A DNA stretch of 64,000 nucleotides from Planktothrix sp. GU0601_MAG3 (GCA_035193785.1 CP136572.1:768001-832000), one strand, 5' to 3'; numbered from the stretch's first letter, positions 1-12,237 are shown. Numbers and translations are program-made. The notes: generated by a model not told the origin, from the sequence alone.

Positions 1-83
1 CTTGTAAAAGTAAGGGGCATCGGTCTGTGAATTCGGAAGCCTACACCGACCCGATTAGGGCGGTGTAGGTAGTTCACGGATAT

Positions 84-1653
84 CTAATCTCTCTGGGCAA
101 TTAAGGGAGATTTTTTCAGATGAGCAACGCTTTTTGTTTTCACCAATACATTGTCAAACATGGTGCTATGAGTAACAGCTTCGGTGGATAAGGTAAATAA
201 CGGATTCGATAAAATCCCCGCTAAAGAAGTTGCTACCAAAGTTAAAACTAAACCCACTTGTAGGGGACGCATTCCGGGTAAATTCCACTGGACTGCGGGA
301 TAGTTTTTCACCACATCGGACATTTCTTGGGGTTCTTTGACCACCATCATTTTCACGACTCGAATATAATAATAAATCGAGATCACACTGGTGACTAACC
401 CCAACAGCACTAAGGTATATAAACCCGCTTGCCAACCTGCCCAAAATAGGTAAATTTTGCCAAAAAATCCAGCTAACGGTGGAATACCACCCAGGGATAA
501 TAGACAAATACTTAAACATAGGGTTAATAGGGGATCTTTTTGATACAATCCGCTATATTCACTAATTTGATCGGTTCCAGTTCTCAGGGAGAATAGAATC
601 ACACAAATAAAGCCACCCAAGTTCATAAACAGATAAATCAACAGGTAAAATACCATGCTGGAATATCCCGCCTCAGTTTCCGGCAATTAACCCAATCATC
701 ACAAACCCCGCTTGGGCAATGGAAGAATAGGCTAACATCCGTTTCATGCCCGTTTGCGCCAAGGCGACCACGTTTCCTAAGATCATACTCAGGATGGCTA
801 GGGCGGTGAACACAAACCGCCATTCATCGGCAACGGAGGGAAAGGCGTTAATTAGTAAACGAATTGCTAGGGCAAATCCCGCGGCTTTGGAACCGACGGA
901 TAAAAATGCCACCACCGGAGTTGGTGAACCTTCATAAACATCCGGTGTCCATTGGTGAAAGGGAACCGCAGAAATTTTAAAGGAAATTCCGGCAATCACG
1001 AAAACCAAAGCGATGACTACCCCTAGGGATTCGCCATTGGAGCGAGCCAAAACCTCGGCAATTTTGGTTAAATTGGTTTGACCGCCCGAGAGTCCATATA
1101 ATAGGGATAAACCATAAAGAAATACGGCGGAACTGGCGGCTCCAATTAATAAATATTTCAACGCAGCTTCATTAGAACGGGGGTCACGTTTGGTATATCC
1201 TGTTAATAAATAAGAGGAGATACTTAAGGTTTCCAAAGCCACAAAAATAGTGACTAATTCATTCGCCCCGGAGAGAAACATCGCCCCTAAAGTTGCGGTT
1301 AATAGAATGGCGATAAATTCCGCTAGGGCGGTTCCCGTCTGTTCAATGTAGCGAATCGACATTAAAATAGTGACGGCTGAACACACGGCAATAATGCCCC
1401 GAAACACGATGCTCAGATCATCGCCATTGAAACTGCCTAGGAAGGAGATGGTATTCTGACTGTCCCATTGAGTGTACAACACCCCCACGGCAATCAGTAA
1501 ACCTACGATCGCCACATAGGGCGTCCACAGGGCAGACCGACTGCGCCCGACAATTAAATCACCCACCAACACCACCAAGAGGGTGACAATCACAATCCCC
1601 TCTGGCCAGATAATCCCAGCATTCAACTGGGCTGCAAGAGTCGAAAAATCCAT
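84..1653 (-). CDS. ndhB: NAD(P)H-quinone oxidoreductase subunit 2 (NDH-1), split by a +1 indel at ~677
   Basis: Motifs [35 protein letters not shown] and [14 protein letters not shown]; the two ORFs join as ...LIAG-TEAGYSS on removing one base from GTTTC. Confidence 0.95.
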
Positions 1654-1856
1654 AGTCTAACCTAAATGGATAATACCGTTTACAATCGATGGGACTTTGA
1701 GAATTCCTCTCAATTCCCAATAATTTGACCACGTTTTAACATCAGTTTAAGGATAGCAGACAGGGGCATCCGTTGTCGGTTAAGAGCCAATAGAGCCCAA
1801 AATCTGCGGTTAATTTAACTATGAATTAGAATTGATAGCGCTGAAGCACAACAACC

Positions 1857-1991
1857 ATAGCAATCCTATTTGAGTTGTGTTCAAAATTCCTGATCAAAAG
1901 GGAACAGGGAACAGGGAACAGGGAACGGGGGTAATACTTCTGACTGTTTCATATAAGTATTGAAATGTTACAACCTATTTAGGATTGCTAT
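1857..1991. mobile_element. MITE-like element with imperfect terminal inverted repeats
   Basis: ATAGCAATCCTA...GTTGT at left and ACAAC...TAGGATTGCTAT at right, enclosing GGGAACA heptamers; ~135 bp, no ORF. Confidence 0.55.
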
Positions 1992-2029
1992 ATTTGGTGT
2001 TTAAACACAACAACGGCATAACAACGGGG

Positions 2030-3667
2030 TTAGATGGGGCAACATAAGCCGCCGGAACGTTGACTAAAGCGGGAGTTTTCGTTATAGTCTACGGGACAAT
2101 CAATCACGACCGGAACATCTTGATTTAGGGCTTCTTTGAGAATAGGAACTAAATCGGTTGTTGCTTCCACCCGATAGCCTTTTAATCCCATACTTTCGGC
2201 AAATTTAACAAAATCAGGATTACCAAATTTGATAAAACAAGATTCGCCAAATTGGTCGTTTTGTTTCCATTCAATTAATCCATAACCGCCATCATTAAAC
2301 ACTAACGTTACAAAGGGAGTTCCCACTCGTAAGGCGGTTTCCAGTTCCTGATTATTCATCATAAATCCGCCATCTCCTGTCACCGCTACCACCTTGCGAT
2401 CAGGATAAACTAATTTAGCGGCAACTGCACCCGGAATAGCAATTCCCATAGCAGCAAATCCATTAGAAATTAAACAGGTATTTGGCGTTTCACAGTGATA
2501 ATGTCTCGCCATCCACATTTTATGGGCACCAACATCTGAAATCACAATATCTTCTGGGCCCATGACTTGACGCAAATCATAAATAATTTTTTGCGGTTTA
2601 ATTGGGAAAGCATCATCCTTGGCGTAATATTCGTAATTATTACGAATATCTGGTTTTAATTTTAAAGCATAGGGTTCGGGTTTTCCCGTCCGATCTGAAC
2701 GCCTTAAAATCTCTTGCAGAGAGTCAGAAATATCCCCAATAATTTCAGCAATGGGAATATAACTACTATCAACTTCGGCGGGAGTTTCACCAATATGAAC
2801 AATCGGAATTTTGCCTTGGGGATTCCATTTTTTCGGGGAATATTCAATTAAATCATAGCCAATGGCAATGATTAAATCGGATTTATCAAAACCACAACTA
2901 ATATAATCCCGCAGTTGTAATCCCGTTGTCCAGAGGGCTAGGGGATGGGTATAGGGAATCACTCCTTTGCCCATAAAAGTATTAACAACGGGGATATTTA
3001 GTTGGGTAGCAAATTCCGTTAAAGCGGCGCTGGCATTCCCTCGAATTGCACCATTTCCGACTAATATTAAGGGATTATTGGCTTTAGAAATGGCGATCGC
3101 CGCTTCATTCATACTCTGATAAGCCGAATAAACTTTTTCTCGCTTATCTTGTTTTAAAGGATAACCTTCGACCTCCATACTAGCAATATTTTCTGGGAGA
3201 TCAATATGCACCGCCCCGGGTTTTTCAGCTTGAGCTAATTTAAACGCTTTTCTGACAATTTCTGGAGTAATACTAGGGCGAACAATTTGGGCATTCCATT
3301 TAGTAACCGGGGCAAACATTGCCACCAAATCTAAATATTGATGGGATTCAATGTGCATTCTATCGGTTCCCACTTGACCCGTAATTGCAACTAATGGTGC
3401 TCCATCCAAATTCGCATCCGCAACCCCGGTCATTAAATTAGTAGCCCCAGGGCCTAAAGTTGATAAACAAACTCCCGCCCGTCCGGTTAAGCGACCATAA
3501 ACATCGGCCATAAATGCGGCGCCCTGCTCATGGCGAGTGGTAATAAATTTAATTGAGGAGGTTTTTAAACATTCCAGAATTTGCATATTTTCTTCCCCTG
3601 GAACCCCAAAAATATACTCCACCCCTTCATTTTCCAGACATTTAACTAACAGTTCTGCTGTGTTCAT
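2030..3667 (-). CDS. ogdA: TPP-dependent acetolactate-synthase-like enzyme, probably 2-oxoglutarate decarboxylase
   Basis: TRHEQGAAFMA and GDGGFMMN (TPP motif); lies directly downstream of an SSA dehydrogenase, as in the cyanobacterial TCA shunt. Confidence 0.75.
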   Translation of the reverse strand: MNTAELLVKCLENEGVEYIFGVPGEENMQILECLKTSSIKFITTRHEQGAAFMADVYGRLTGRAGVCLSTLGPGATNLMTGVADANLDGAPLVAITGQVGTDRMHIESHQYLDLVAMFAPVTKWNAQIVRPSITPEIVRKAFKLAQAEKPGAVHIDLPENIASMEVEGYPLKQDKREKVYSAYQSMNEAAIAISKANNPLILVGNGAIRGNASAALTEFATQLNIPVVNTFMGKGVIPYTHPLALWTTGLQLRDYISCGFDKSDLIIAIGYDLIEYSPKKWNPQGKIPIVHIGETPAEVDSSYIPIAEIIGDISDSLQEILRRSDRTGKPEPYALKLKPDIRNNYEYYAKDDAFPIKPQKIIYDLRQVMGPEDIVISDVGAHKMWMARHYHCETPNTCLISNGFAAMGIAIPGAVAAKLVYPDRKVVAVTGDGGFMMNNQELETALRVGTPFVTLVFNDGGYGLIEWKQNDQFGESCFIKFGNPDFVKFAESMGLKGYRVEATTDLVPILKEALNQDVPVVIDCPVDYNENSRFSQRSGGLCCPI

Positions 3668-3784
3668 GATTTTTTTATGTGAATTGAATTTGATATTTGT
3701 ACACCCAACCTAGAAACCTGGTTTCTAAACTAAAATCTTGATTCTATCCCCTAAACTTTGGTCAGAAACCCGGTTTCTTTTTTG

Positions 3785-5150
3785 CTATTTAATCCAAACG
3801 GTTTTAATATTCACAAATTCGTGAATTCCTTGGCTGCTCAATTCCCGTCCATAACCGGAACGTTTGATCCCTCCAAAGGGTAAGCGAGGATCGGATTTAA
3901 CTAAACCATTAATAAACACCGCACCCGCCTCTAATTCTCGAATAAAACGCTCCTGTTCGGCTGAATTGGTTGTCCAAGCACTTGCACCCAAACCGAAAAT
4001 TGTGCTATTAGCAAGGGTAATGGCTTCATCTAAGGAATTAACCCGGAAGATTAACGCTACTGGCCCAAAGAATTCTTCACTGTAAGCGGGTGTTCCTTCA
4101 GGAATTTGGGTTAAAATTGTGGGGGGATAGAAATTTCCTGGGCGTTCCAGGGGTTTACCTCCAGTTAATACCTGAGCTCCAGCTTCAACGCAGACTTGAA
4201 CCTGTTGGTGCAGTTCTGTTAAAATACCTGGGGTTGCTAGGGGCCCAACTTCGGTATCGGGTAACATCGGATCACCGATTTTTAAAGCGGCGAATTTTTC
4301 CGCTAGACGACTTTCAAATTCATCGGCAATACTCGACATTAAAATAAACCGTTTTGCCGCAATACAAGATTGTCCATTGTTTAACATTCGGGCGGTAACG
4401 GCGGCTTCTACGGCGGCATTTAGATCCGCAGTTTCTAACACAATAAACGGATCACTTCCGCCTAATTCCAGAACGGTTTTTTTAATGTTTTGACCAGCTA
4501 AGGATGCCAAACTAGCTCCGGCGGGTTTCACTTCCGGTTAAAGTTCCGGCTTTGACCCGATCATCGGTAATAATTTGAGCCACTTTATCAGACCCGACTA
4601 ATAGGGTTTGAAATACGCCTTCAGGAAATCCGGCTTTTTGGAAAATTTCCCCAATGGCTAAGGCGCATTCAGGCACGTTAGAAGCGTGTTTGAGTAAACC
4701 AACATTGCCCGCCATTAATGCGGGTGCAGCGAAGCGGAAGACCTGCCAGAAGGGAAAATTCCAAGGCATCACCGCTAAAATTGCCCCCAAAGGTTGATAG
4801 GCAATAAAGCTATTGCTGGCGTCACTTTTGGCGGGAACATCGGCGAGAAATTGAGCCGCATTTTCCGCATAAAAACGACAAACGGAGGCACTTTTTTTGG
4901 CTTCTGCGATCGCTGAGGTAATGGGTTTTCCCATTTCCAAGGTCATTATTTTAGCGTAGGTTTCGGCGTTTTCTTCTAACAGGTTAGCCGCCTTTAACAT
5001 CCATTGCGATCGCTGTTCAAAGGAGACTCGCCGATAGTCCCTAAAAGCGCGATCTGCTAGAGCTAAAGCGTCTTCGATTTCGGCATCTGTTAGGGGAGTA
5101 AAAATTCTTAGTTGTTCCCCCGTGGCCGGGTTAATTGTAGCAATGCCCAT
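3785..5150 (-). CDS. gabD: NAD(P)-dependent succinate-semialdehyde dehydrogenase, split at ~4526
   Basis: MPWNFPFWQ, LELGGSDP, NNGQSCIAAKR, EEFFGP and PFGGIKRSGYGRE. Confidence 0.9.
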
Positions 5151-5302
5151 AATTGATTGTTTAGTTTTAATTTAGAATTAAAGTCTTACCTTTTTTTATC
5201 GTAACCCTTAAAAACTCCCGATTTTTACTTCTGGGATAACGGGTTAATAACTTGACATAAAACTGTACAATAGTATAAACAAATTCAAGATTCTTAACAA
5301 TT

Positions 5303-6520
5303 ATGAATTTCCTAGAAAGTGTCAAAATGGCAACTACAACGCTATTAGCCAATAAAATGCGAAGTAGTTTAACCATGTTAGGAATTATTATTGGCAATGC
5401 CTCTGTGATTGCGATGATTGGAATTGGCGAAGGCGCTCAGAAATTTGTCAATGGTCAAGTCAATTCCCTGGGGCCAAATATTTTATTTGTATTGCCAGGA
5501 AGCCCCGAATCCCAACGCCGTCCAGTATTTCCACCGCAAAATTTGGTCTTAGAAGATGCAATTGCGATCGCCGAACAAGTCCCTTCTGTTCAACAGGTTG
5601 CTCCGTCTTTAAATGGTAGTGAATTAATTACCTATCGCAGTAATAATGCTTCAGCTTCTATAGTTGGAACCACACCGGAATTTTTATCAGTGCGAAATTT
5701 TGATGTTGCTAAAGGTCGATTTATTACGGATTTAGACTTAAAACGGAATGAACAAGTTGTGGCGTTAGGGTCAGAATTAGCTCAACAATTATTTGGAACT
5801 GAAGATCCCATTGGTAAATCGATTCGACTGCGAAATTTGAGTTTACAAGTTATTGGGGTAATGCAGCCTAAAGGCTCCAGTTTTGGCAGTAATGACGATA
5901 TGAATGCCTTTGTTCCTTTAACTACAATGGCGAATCGAATTGTAGGAAATCGCTCACCCTACGGAACTCAAGTTACGTTTATTTCTATTAGTATTGATAG
6001 TCAAGATAATATGAGGGCGGCCCAATTTCAAGTGGAAAATTTATTGCGGTTACGTCATAAAATTACCAATGAAGATGACTTTACGGTGCGAAACCAAAAG
6101 GATTTGATGAATATTTTGGGTAGTATTACCGGAGCTTTAACCCTTTTATTAGCATCAACTGCCGCTATTTCTCTATTAGTGGGCGGTATTGGAATTATGA
6201 ATATTATGCTGGTTTCTGTCAGTGAAAGAACGCAAGAAATTGGGCTCAGAAAAGCGATCGGAGCGACCCAATCAGATATTTTAATTCAGTTTATAATTGA
6301 ATCTGTAATCCTATCCGCCGCTGGGGGTTTTATTGGGACATTGGTTGGCGTGGGTGGCGTTTTAGTTGTCGGTGCTTTGACTCCTTTACAAGCCGGAGTT
6401 TCCAGCGTCGCCATTGTAACAGCCGTTAGCATTTCTGGGGCGATTGGATTATTTTTTGGGGTTGTTCCTGCTAAACAAGCTGCTAAACTTGACCCAATTG
6501 TGGCTTTAAGAAGTATTTAA
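5303..6520 (+). CDS. MacB/FtsX-family ABC transporter permease
   Basis: RSSLTMLGIIIG, GGIGIMNIMLVSVSERTQEIGLRKAIGA and C-terminal LDPIVALR. Confidence 0.9.
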   Translation: MNFLESVKMATTTLLANKMRSSLTMLGIIIGNASVIAMIGIGEGAQKFVNGQVNSLGPNILFVLPGSPESQRRPVFPPQNLVLEDAIAIAEQVPSVQQVAPSLNGSELITYRSNNASASIVGTTPEFLSVRNFDVAKGRFITDLDLKRNEQVVALGSELAQQLFGTEDPIGKSIRLRNLSLQVIGVMQPKGSSFGSNDDMNAFVPLTTMANRIVGNRSPYGTQVTFISISIDSQDNMRAAQFQVENLLRLRHKITNEDDFTVRNQKDLMNILGSITGALTLLLASTAAISLLVGGIGIMNIMLVSVSERTQEIGLRKAIGATQSDILIQFIIESVILSAAGGFIGTLVGVGGVLVVGALTPLQAGVSSVAIVTAVSISGAIGLFFGVVPAKQAAKLDPIVALRSI

Positions 6521-6598
6521 TTGGTTTAGTTTTGATTATAGAATTGCTATATCTCTATTCCCTATTCCCTATTCCCTATTCCCTATCCTGTCAAAATT

Positions 6599-7357
6599 AT
6601 GAAAACATCAATTTCTAATAAAACAGAAAATCAAGATTCTCAAACCAATCCGGTTATTATTCATTTAGAAAATGTCACTAAAGTTTATGGGATGGGTGAT
6701 ATTCAAGTTCAGGCTTTAAAAGGGGTAACATTAACGGTAGAACAAGGGGAATATTGTTCGATTATGGGAGCATCGGGTTCGGGAAAATCAACGGCGATGA
6801 ATATTATCGGTTGTTTGGATCGTCCCTCCACAGGTTCCTATTATTTGGATGGGGTAAATGTGGCGCAAATGTCGGAAAATAATTTAGCCAGAATTCGCAA
6901 TATTAAGTTAGGTTTTGTCTTCCAACAATTCCACCTTTTACCCCAATTAAGTGCTTTAGAAAATGTGGTTTTACCGATGATGTATGCCGGAATTCCCTCG
7001 GCTGAACGTCGAGAAAGAGCAAAGCAAGCCTTAATTCGAGTCGGGTTAGAAAATCGATTAAATAATAAACCGAATCAACTTTCTGGAGGTCAACAACAAC
7101 GGGTAGCGATCGCCCGTGCTATTGTTAATCATCCGGTATTATTATTAGCAGATGAACCGACGGGGGCACTAGATTCTCAAACAACTCAAGAAGTTATGGA
7201 TATTTTTACTGAATTAAATGCGGGTGGAATGACGGTGGTAATGGTAACTCATGAATCTGAAGTAGCGCGTCAAACTCGTCGCATTGTTTGGTTTAAAGAT
7301 GGTGAAGTTATTCATTCCCATCTGACTCCCAAGGATTTACACAGTGCTATTTTTTAA
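6599..7357 (+). CDS. LolD/MacB-type ABC transporter ATP-binding protein
   Basis: Walker A GASGSGKS, signature LSGGQQQR, LLADEPTGALD. Confidence 0.93.
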   Translation: MKTSISNKTENQDSQTNPVIIHLENVTKVYGMGDIQVQALKGVTLTVEQGEYCSIMGASGSGKSTAMNIIGCLDRPSTGSYYLDGVNVAQMSENNLARIRNIKLGFVFQQFHLLPQLSALENVVLPMMYAGIPSAERRERAKQALIRVGLENRLNNKPNQLSGGQQQRVAIARAIVNHPVLLLADEPTGALDSQTTQEVMDIFTELNAGGMTVVMVTHESEVARQTRRIVWFKDGEVIHSHLTPKDLHSAIF

Positions 7358-7597
7358 TTCCAATTAGTTGTTGGGCTTTAGCCTATCTTCTCAAGGTTTA
7401 AAACCTCATAAGTAGTTGCACAAAGGGAACAGGGAACAGGGAATAGAGAACACCGGATCTGGGTAGAGGATTTGTAATTAATTTTGTTTAGGTACTTAAC
7501 AGGGTAATGTTTTGGGATTATACCCTATTAAGAATGGGCTAAAGCCCAACAAATAAGAGGGCTAAAGCACAACAACGGGGACTTTTTTAAGATTTGT

Positions 7598-8635
7598 TTA
7601 TGCTGCTTTCTTGTTTTTATTTAACAAAAGGAATCCTAAACCTATTCCTGTTAAGGCAAATATTGTACTAGGTTCGGGAGTAGACTTAAATTCTTTTTCA
7701 ATAGTTGCATAAGCAGCATCAGCTATTAATTTGTGACCCTTGGTTGTCGGGTGTAAATTATCCCAGAATAAATATTCATCGGGATTATTACAGAGAAATA
7801 CTGAAACTGATGTTGCTGAAAAACACTCATTCTCAACATTTGTAAGCCCATATTGATCAGGTTTATTGATCACATCTTTAAACAATTTATTAACATCAAA
7901 TAAGGCAATTTTAGAATTAAATAAGGATTGATTTAAGTCTGTAATTTTCTGGTTTAGTAAAGTGTTATGAGCTTGAACTGTTTCTTGTAAATCCCCCGGT
8001 GGAACTAATACACCACTACTTCCTAAAGGAGTTTGACTTAAATCCGGTAAGTTGCCAATTAAGAAATTTCTAGCACCTATACTATATAAATTGTCGATAG
8101 CCCAAGATAAATTATCAATAACTTTTCCAGTATCTTTACTCCCTCCATAGGTATAATCATTGCCCCCCGCCCAAAGCACATACAAAGAATTCGGGTCAGC
8201 AGTTTGACCTGCTTTTAATAAAGGTTGAATCAAAGCACCCACTTGAGTCTGGACACCAGGTAATCCAGCAAGTTTATCGTTAAAAAGATAGGCAATATTA
8301 TCTGCCCCCGAAGTTGCCCCCCCAAAAGCATAATTAACACCCTTGGCTGAGGGTATTCCATTGGTGTCCATGTAGGGAATAGGATTGAGTCCTAAATCAT
8401 TGGCTAAATAGTCTGTCCAAATGGGGCCATTAGAAAAGCGCCCTTGGTCATAGGGTGCTGGGGGAAATAAGCCACCGGACGCTTTAAAAACATTCCCAGG
8501 ATCACTCAGACTATCCCCGAAAATATTAATACTGGTAAATTTGGCGGCTTGTGCCGCATTTATCCCCGTAATTGTAAATGCAATTGTGCCAACGGAAACG
8601 GCGAGTAAACGACCCGTAGTATAAATATTGATCAT
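7598..8635 (-). CDS. SGNH/GDSL hydrolase with signal peptide and PEP-CTERM anchor
   Basis: FGDSLSD, GRFSNG, GGND and FWDNLHPT; C-terminal TPEPST + hydrophobic helix + KNKK; start placed at MINIY. Confidence 0.9.
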   Translation of the reverse strand: MINIYTTGRLLAVSVGTIAFTITGINAAQAAKFTSINIFGDSLSDPGNVFKASGGLFPPAPYDQGRFSNGPIWTDYLANDLGLNPIPYMDTNGIPSAKGVNYAFGGATSGADNIAYLFNDKLAGLPGVQTQVGALIQPLLKAGQTADPNSLYVLWAGGNDYTYGGSKDTGKVIDNLSWAIDNLYSIGARNFLIGNLPDLSQTPLGSSGVLVPPGDLQETVQAHNTLLNQKITDLNQSLFNSKIALFDVNKLFKDVINKPDQYGLTNVENECFSATSVSVFLCNNPDEYLFWDNLHPTTKGHKLIADAAYATIEKEFKSTPEPSTIFALTGIGLGFLLLNKNKKAA

Positions 8636-8703
8636 AATGTACACCTTGATGGCTGAAATTGGCTTTGTCAGAGTCCAATTTAGCATTTTGTTCTGTGGTT
8701 TGT

Positions 8704-8769
8704 CCGTAGAATTACGGGGATATTGTAAAGTTTGGGGAGAGTTATTGTAAAACTTCCGTAAATATACGG
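8704..8769. promoter_or_regulatory. Two CCGTA-N4-TACGG palindromes upstream of the GDSL gene
   Basis: CCGTAGAATTACGG at 8704-8717 and CCGTAAATATACGG at 8756-8769, 52 bp apart. Confidence 0.5.
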
Positions 8770-8813
8770 GGGATTGACCGTTAATAGTTAACCCTACCCC
8801 TACGGTGATGCTC

Positions 8814-10346
8814 TTAGTTTTTCCGGGTATAGCGATGTTTTACTCCCAGGGGAAAATATTCGGGATCTCCGGTTAATTTGAGGGTGATTTGAGGGGTTTG
8901 ATATTCCGGGGGAACATAATTGGCAAATTCGCTATTTAAGCGCTTTAATTGGGTTAAAACAGAAGCGGTAATTACCTCTTTTTTATTCTCCGTTTCTTCA
9001 ATTCCAGGTGCTAATTCCACCACCACCGATAACCACCGATTTTGATCAGAATCCTCGAAAATAGACATAACAAATTTACCCGTCACCCAATCTTTAATTA
9101 AGGGCTGTTCTAAACCTACGGTAATATTTTCAGGATAAATATTAGCTCCAAAATAGGAAATAATAAATTGCGATCGCCCAAATACAAAAACAAAAGGTAA
9201 TTGATAAATTCCCCGATCGCCTATTTTTTGTAATTCCAAAATCGGATCAAAATCCCATTGCTTCAAAAAGTCTAACATTTCCTCAAATTCAATAATTCCT
9301 CCTTGATCAGCAATATGATATCGAATTAGAGGAATCCCATTATCTCCCGAAAATAATAGAGTTCCAGTAATAGAATCATCTGTTTTTTGAACTTCAAAAA
9401 AACGACTCTTAGGATCATATTGAACTAAAGTAGGAAGTCGAGATTCCCCAAATAATTGTTTGGCAATATTTGGATGTTCAGCCAAAAACCGCCGAATACA
9501 AATACTCAAAGGAGTTTCATTCCCTAAAACCCCCGCATCTGCCGTACCATAAAGGCTGGCTGAATCATAATTTGGTTGAGTTGATCCCACCCTTTCCCCA
9601 ACTAAATGCCGCCATTCTTCGCTAAAAACTTCCCCAGCAAATACTAATTTAACTTGATATTTTGCCCATTCTATGCCTTCAGAAATTCCGGTATCAATGA
9701 CATCTTTAATAAACGGAGGATAGCCCAATAAAACCACCTGATCAAACTGTTCCCCCAATTCCCGAATTACGCGAAAAATTTCCGGTTTTTGATTGCCCGG
9801 GGTAATCACCGTAAGTGGATAACCTTTGGTGGCTAAATGACGACAACAGGCCGTTGTATAGATGCCTCCAACCCAAGTTCCCAGGGTAAAACAAATCACC
9901 GCTAAAGTTCGACGTTGATCCGCTTGAAAGCTATCATAAAAAATCTGTTCAAAGCGGGTGGCAATTTGCAATTCATCACTAATAAAACGGGGCCAAAATG
10001 TTGGATTTCCGGTGGAACCGGAGGAAACCGCAATCAAATCACAGGTTTCTAATTGACCCTGACGACACAATTGGGATAGGGAATATTGGCGGAGGTAATT
10101 TTCCTTTGTAATTAAAGGCAAGGTTTGGAAATCTTCCCAAGTTTGAATCTCATTAATAGACCGATGATGGGCGGCTAAAAATTGTTGATAGGCGGGAACT
10201 TTTGTGACAACATTTTGGAATAATTGTAAAATAGAATTCACCCCTCTATCTTCAGATGGTTGAATTAAATCCGATAGGGGTGTGGATAAAAAGCGGTTTA
10301 GGGCGGAAATTGCCCGTTGGCGTTGTTCGTCTCGGAGTTGACCCAT
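8814..10346 (-). CDS. Phenylacetate-CoA ligase (PaaK)-family adenylate-forming protein
   Basis: SSGSTGNP, YGTADAG, PLIRYHIAD, GANIYPE. Confidence 0.85.
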   Translation of the reverse strand: MGQLRDEQRQRAISALNRFLSTPLSDLIQPSEDRGVNSILQLFQNVVTKVPAYQQFLAAHHRSINEIQTWEDFQTLPLITKENYLRQYSLSQLCRQGQLETCDLIAVSSGSTGNPTFWPRFISDELQIATRFEQIFYDSFQADQRRTLAVICFTLGTWVGGIYTTACCRHLATKGYPLTVITPGNQKPEIFRVIRELGEQFDQVVLLGYPPFIKDVIDTGISEGIEWAKYQVKLVFAGEVFSEEWRHLVGERVGSTQPNYDSASLYGTADAGVLGNETPLSICIRRFLAEHPNIAKQLFGESRLPTLVQYDPKSRFFEVQKTDDSITGTLLFSGDNGIPLIRYHIADQGGIIEFEEMLDFLKQWDFDPILELQKIGDRGIYQLPFVFVFGRSQFIISYFGANIYPENITVGLEQPLIKDWVTGKFVMSIFEDSDQNRWLSVVVELAPGIEETENKKEVITASVLTQLKRLNSEFANYVPPEYQTPQITLKLTGDPEYFPLGVKHRYTRKN

Positions 10347-10426
10347 GCTACAGTCCTGATAAATTGCTGCTCTAAATTAAGATAGATCGGAACCGTTCAG
10401 CATTCATTTTTTCACCTTAACACCCC

Positions 10427-12237
10427 ATGAGTCAATTAATTTATCCGGGTCTTGTTTCTGAGAAACCATTACGCCATTGTCCGTGAGTTAGGACATGGGG
10501 GTTTTGGGCGGACTTATTTAGCCAAAGACCAACATCGGTTTGATGAACTTTGCGTTTTAAAAGAATTTTCTCCCCAGGTGCAAGGAAGTTTTGCTTTAAA
10601 AAAATCCCAGGAATTATTTGAACGGGAAGCGGAGATTCTTTATAAATTAAAACATCCCCAAATTCCGCAATTTCGAGAATTATTTCGAGAAACAATTAAT
10701 AATAAAGGGTATTTATTTTTTGTCCAAGATTATGTTGAGGGGTTGAACTATCGGAGTTTAATAAATCAGCACGCTTTTACAGAAGCCGAAGTGCTGGAAT
10801 TATTATTTAAAATTTTACCCGTATTAGACTATATTCATGGTTATGGGGTAATTCATCGAGATATTTCTCCTGATAATATGATTCAGCGTCAATCCGATGG
10901 TTTACCCATGTTAATTGATTTCGGTGGCGTTAAATTAATTCAAGCGAAAGTAGAATCAGAATTAGCAGCCCAGGGGGGGCAAAATCCCACCCCCACAAGG
11001 TTAGGAAAAGTGGGGTATGCCCCGGATGAACAAATGCGTTTGGGTATGGTTTATCCTAATAGTGATTTGTATGCTTTAGCTGCGACTATGTTGGTTTTAT
11101 TAACCCAAAAAGAACCCCAACAATTAATTGATCCACAAACCTTAACTTGGAATTGGAGAAAATACATCCAATTAAATCCTAAATTTGGGGAAATTTTAGA
11201 TAAAATGTTAGCCTATCGTCATAGCGATCGCTTTTCATCGGTTCAGGATGTTCTAGTCGCTCTTTCCGCCATAAATCCCCCTCTGAAAAATTCTATAAAC
11301 CCCACTCAACCCATCCCGAATCAGAGCTTATTTCCCCAATCTTTTCCTACTCAAATCGGAAAATCATCTCCTATTAAAACGCCTTTATTGCTATTTATTT
11401 TTATCTTGAGTTTGGGGGTTTTGGGATGGTTCGGAGGACGCTATGGGTTGAATTATTATGCAAACAATGACTTAAATCAATTATCCAAATCCGAAGAAAA
11501 ACGACAAGAAGCATTGCGAGAACAACGGCGTTTATTAGGAATTGATTTTAACTTTTTTGTGGATTTAGTGAATGAAGAATTTTATACTCGCTATCCCGAA
11601 CAACGGGGAAGAATCTTAACGGATACACCCTCGGATGCAATTTGGCGAAAAAAATGGGATCACATTGCAGATAAATTTTTGCAACGTTTAGCAAAACTCA
11701 GTGATCAATCTCGGTTAAAATTAGGAACATATAATAACGATCTAGATCACTTAAAAGCCAAAGTGAATCAGTTACCGTTAAGTCGTCAATCGTTATATGA
11801 TTTAGCAGATGCTAAATTTTTCTATTTATTTCCAGAACAATCGAGAAATGCTGATTTATTAGGGTTCCCTATGGGACAAGTTTGGCAAGCTGTCACCGAT
11901 GATGTGGTTAAAAATTTAGAAGCGGGAAACGGCCTGGGAACGGGTGGAGTTTGCTTCTAAAAAAACTCAAAAAACCCTAAAAGATCGGCTCCAGCCTGGA
12001 GAGGGAAAAATCTATGCTGCTCGCTTTAATAAAAATCAAGTTTTACAGGTGCGTCTCAAATCTCCAGAATCCTCAACTTTACTTTCAATTTATACACAAA
12101 AAGCTCAATCCTTACTAGAAGATTCCCCTAAAAACCGTTGGTCAGGTCGTTTACCCGATGCTGGTGATTATCAAGTGGTTGTGGTGTCTGAATCTTCCCA
12201 ACCGTTTGATTATGAGTTAACCCTAGAAACTCGTTAA
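10427..12237 (+). CDS. Membrane-anchored Ser/Thr protein kinase, split at ~10455 and ~11927
   Basis: LGHGGFGRTY, IHRDISPDN, LIDFG and SDLYALA; TM helix; C-terminal beta domain in ORF 11944-12237. Confidence 0.9.
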
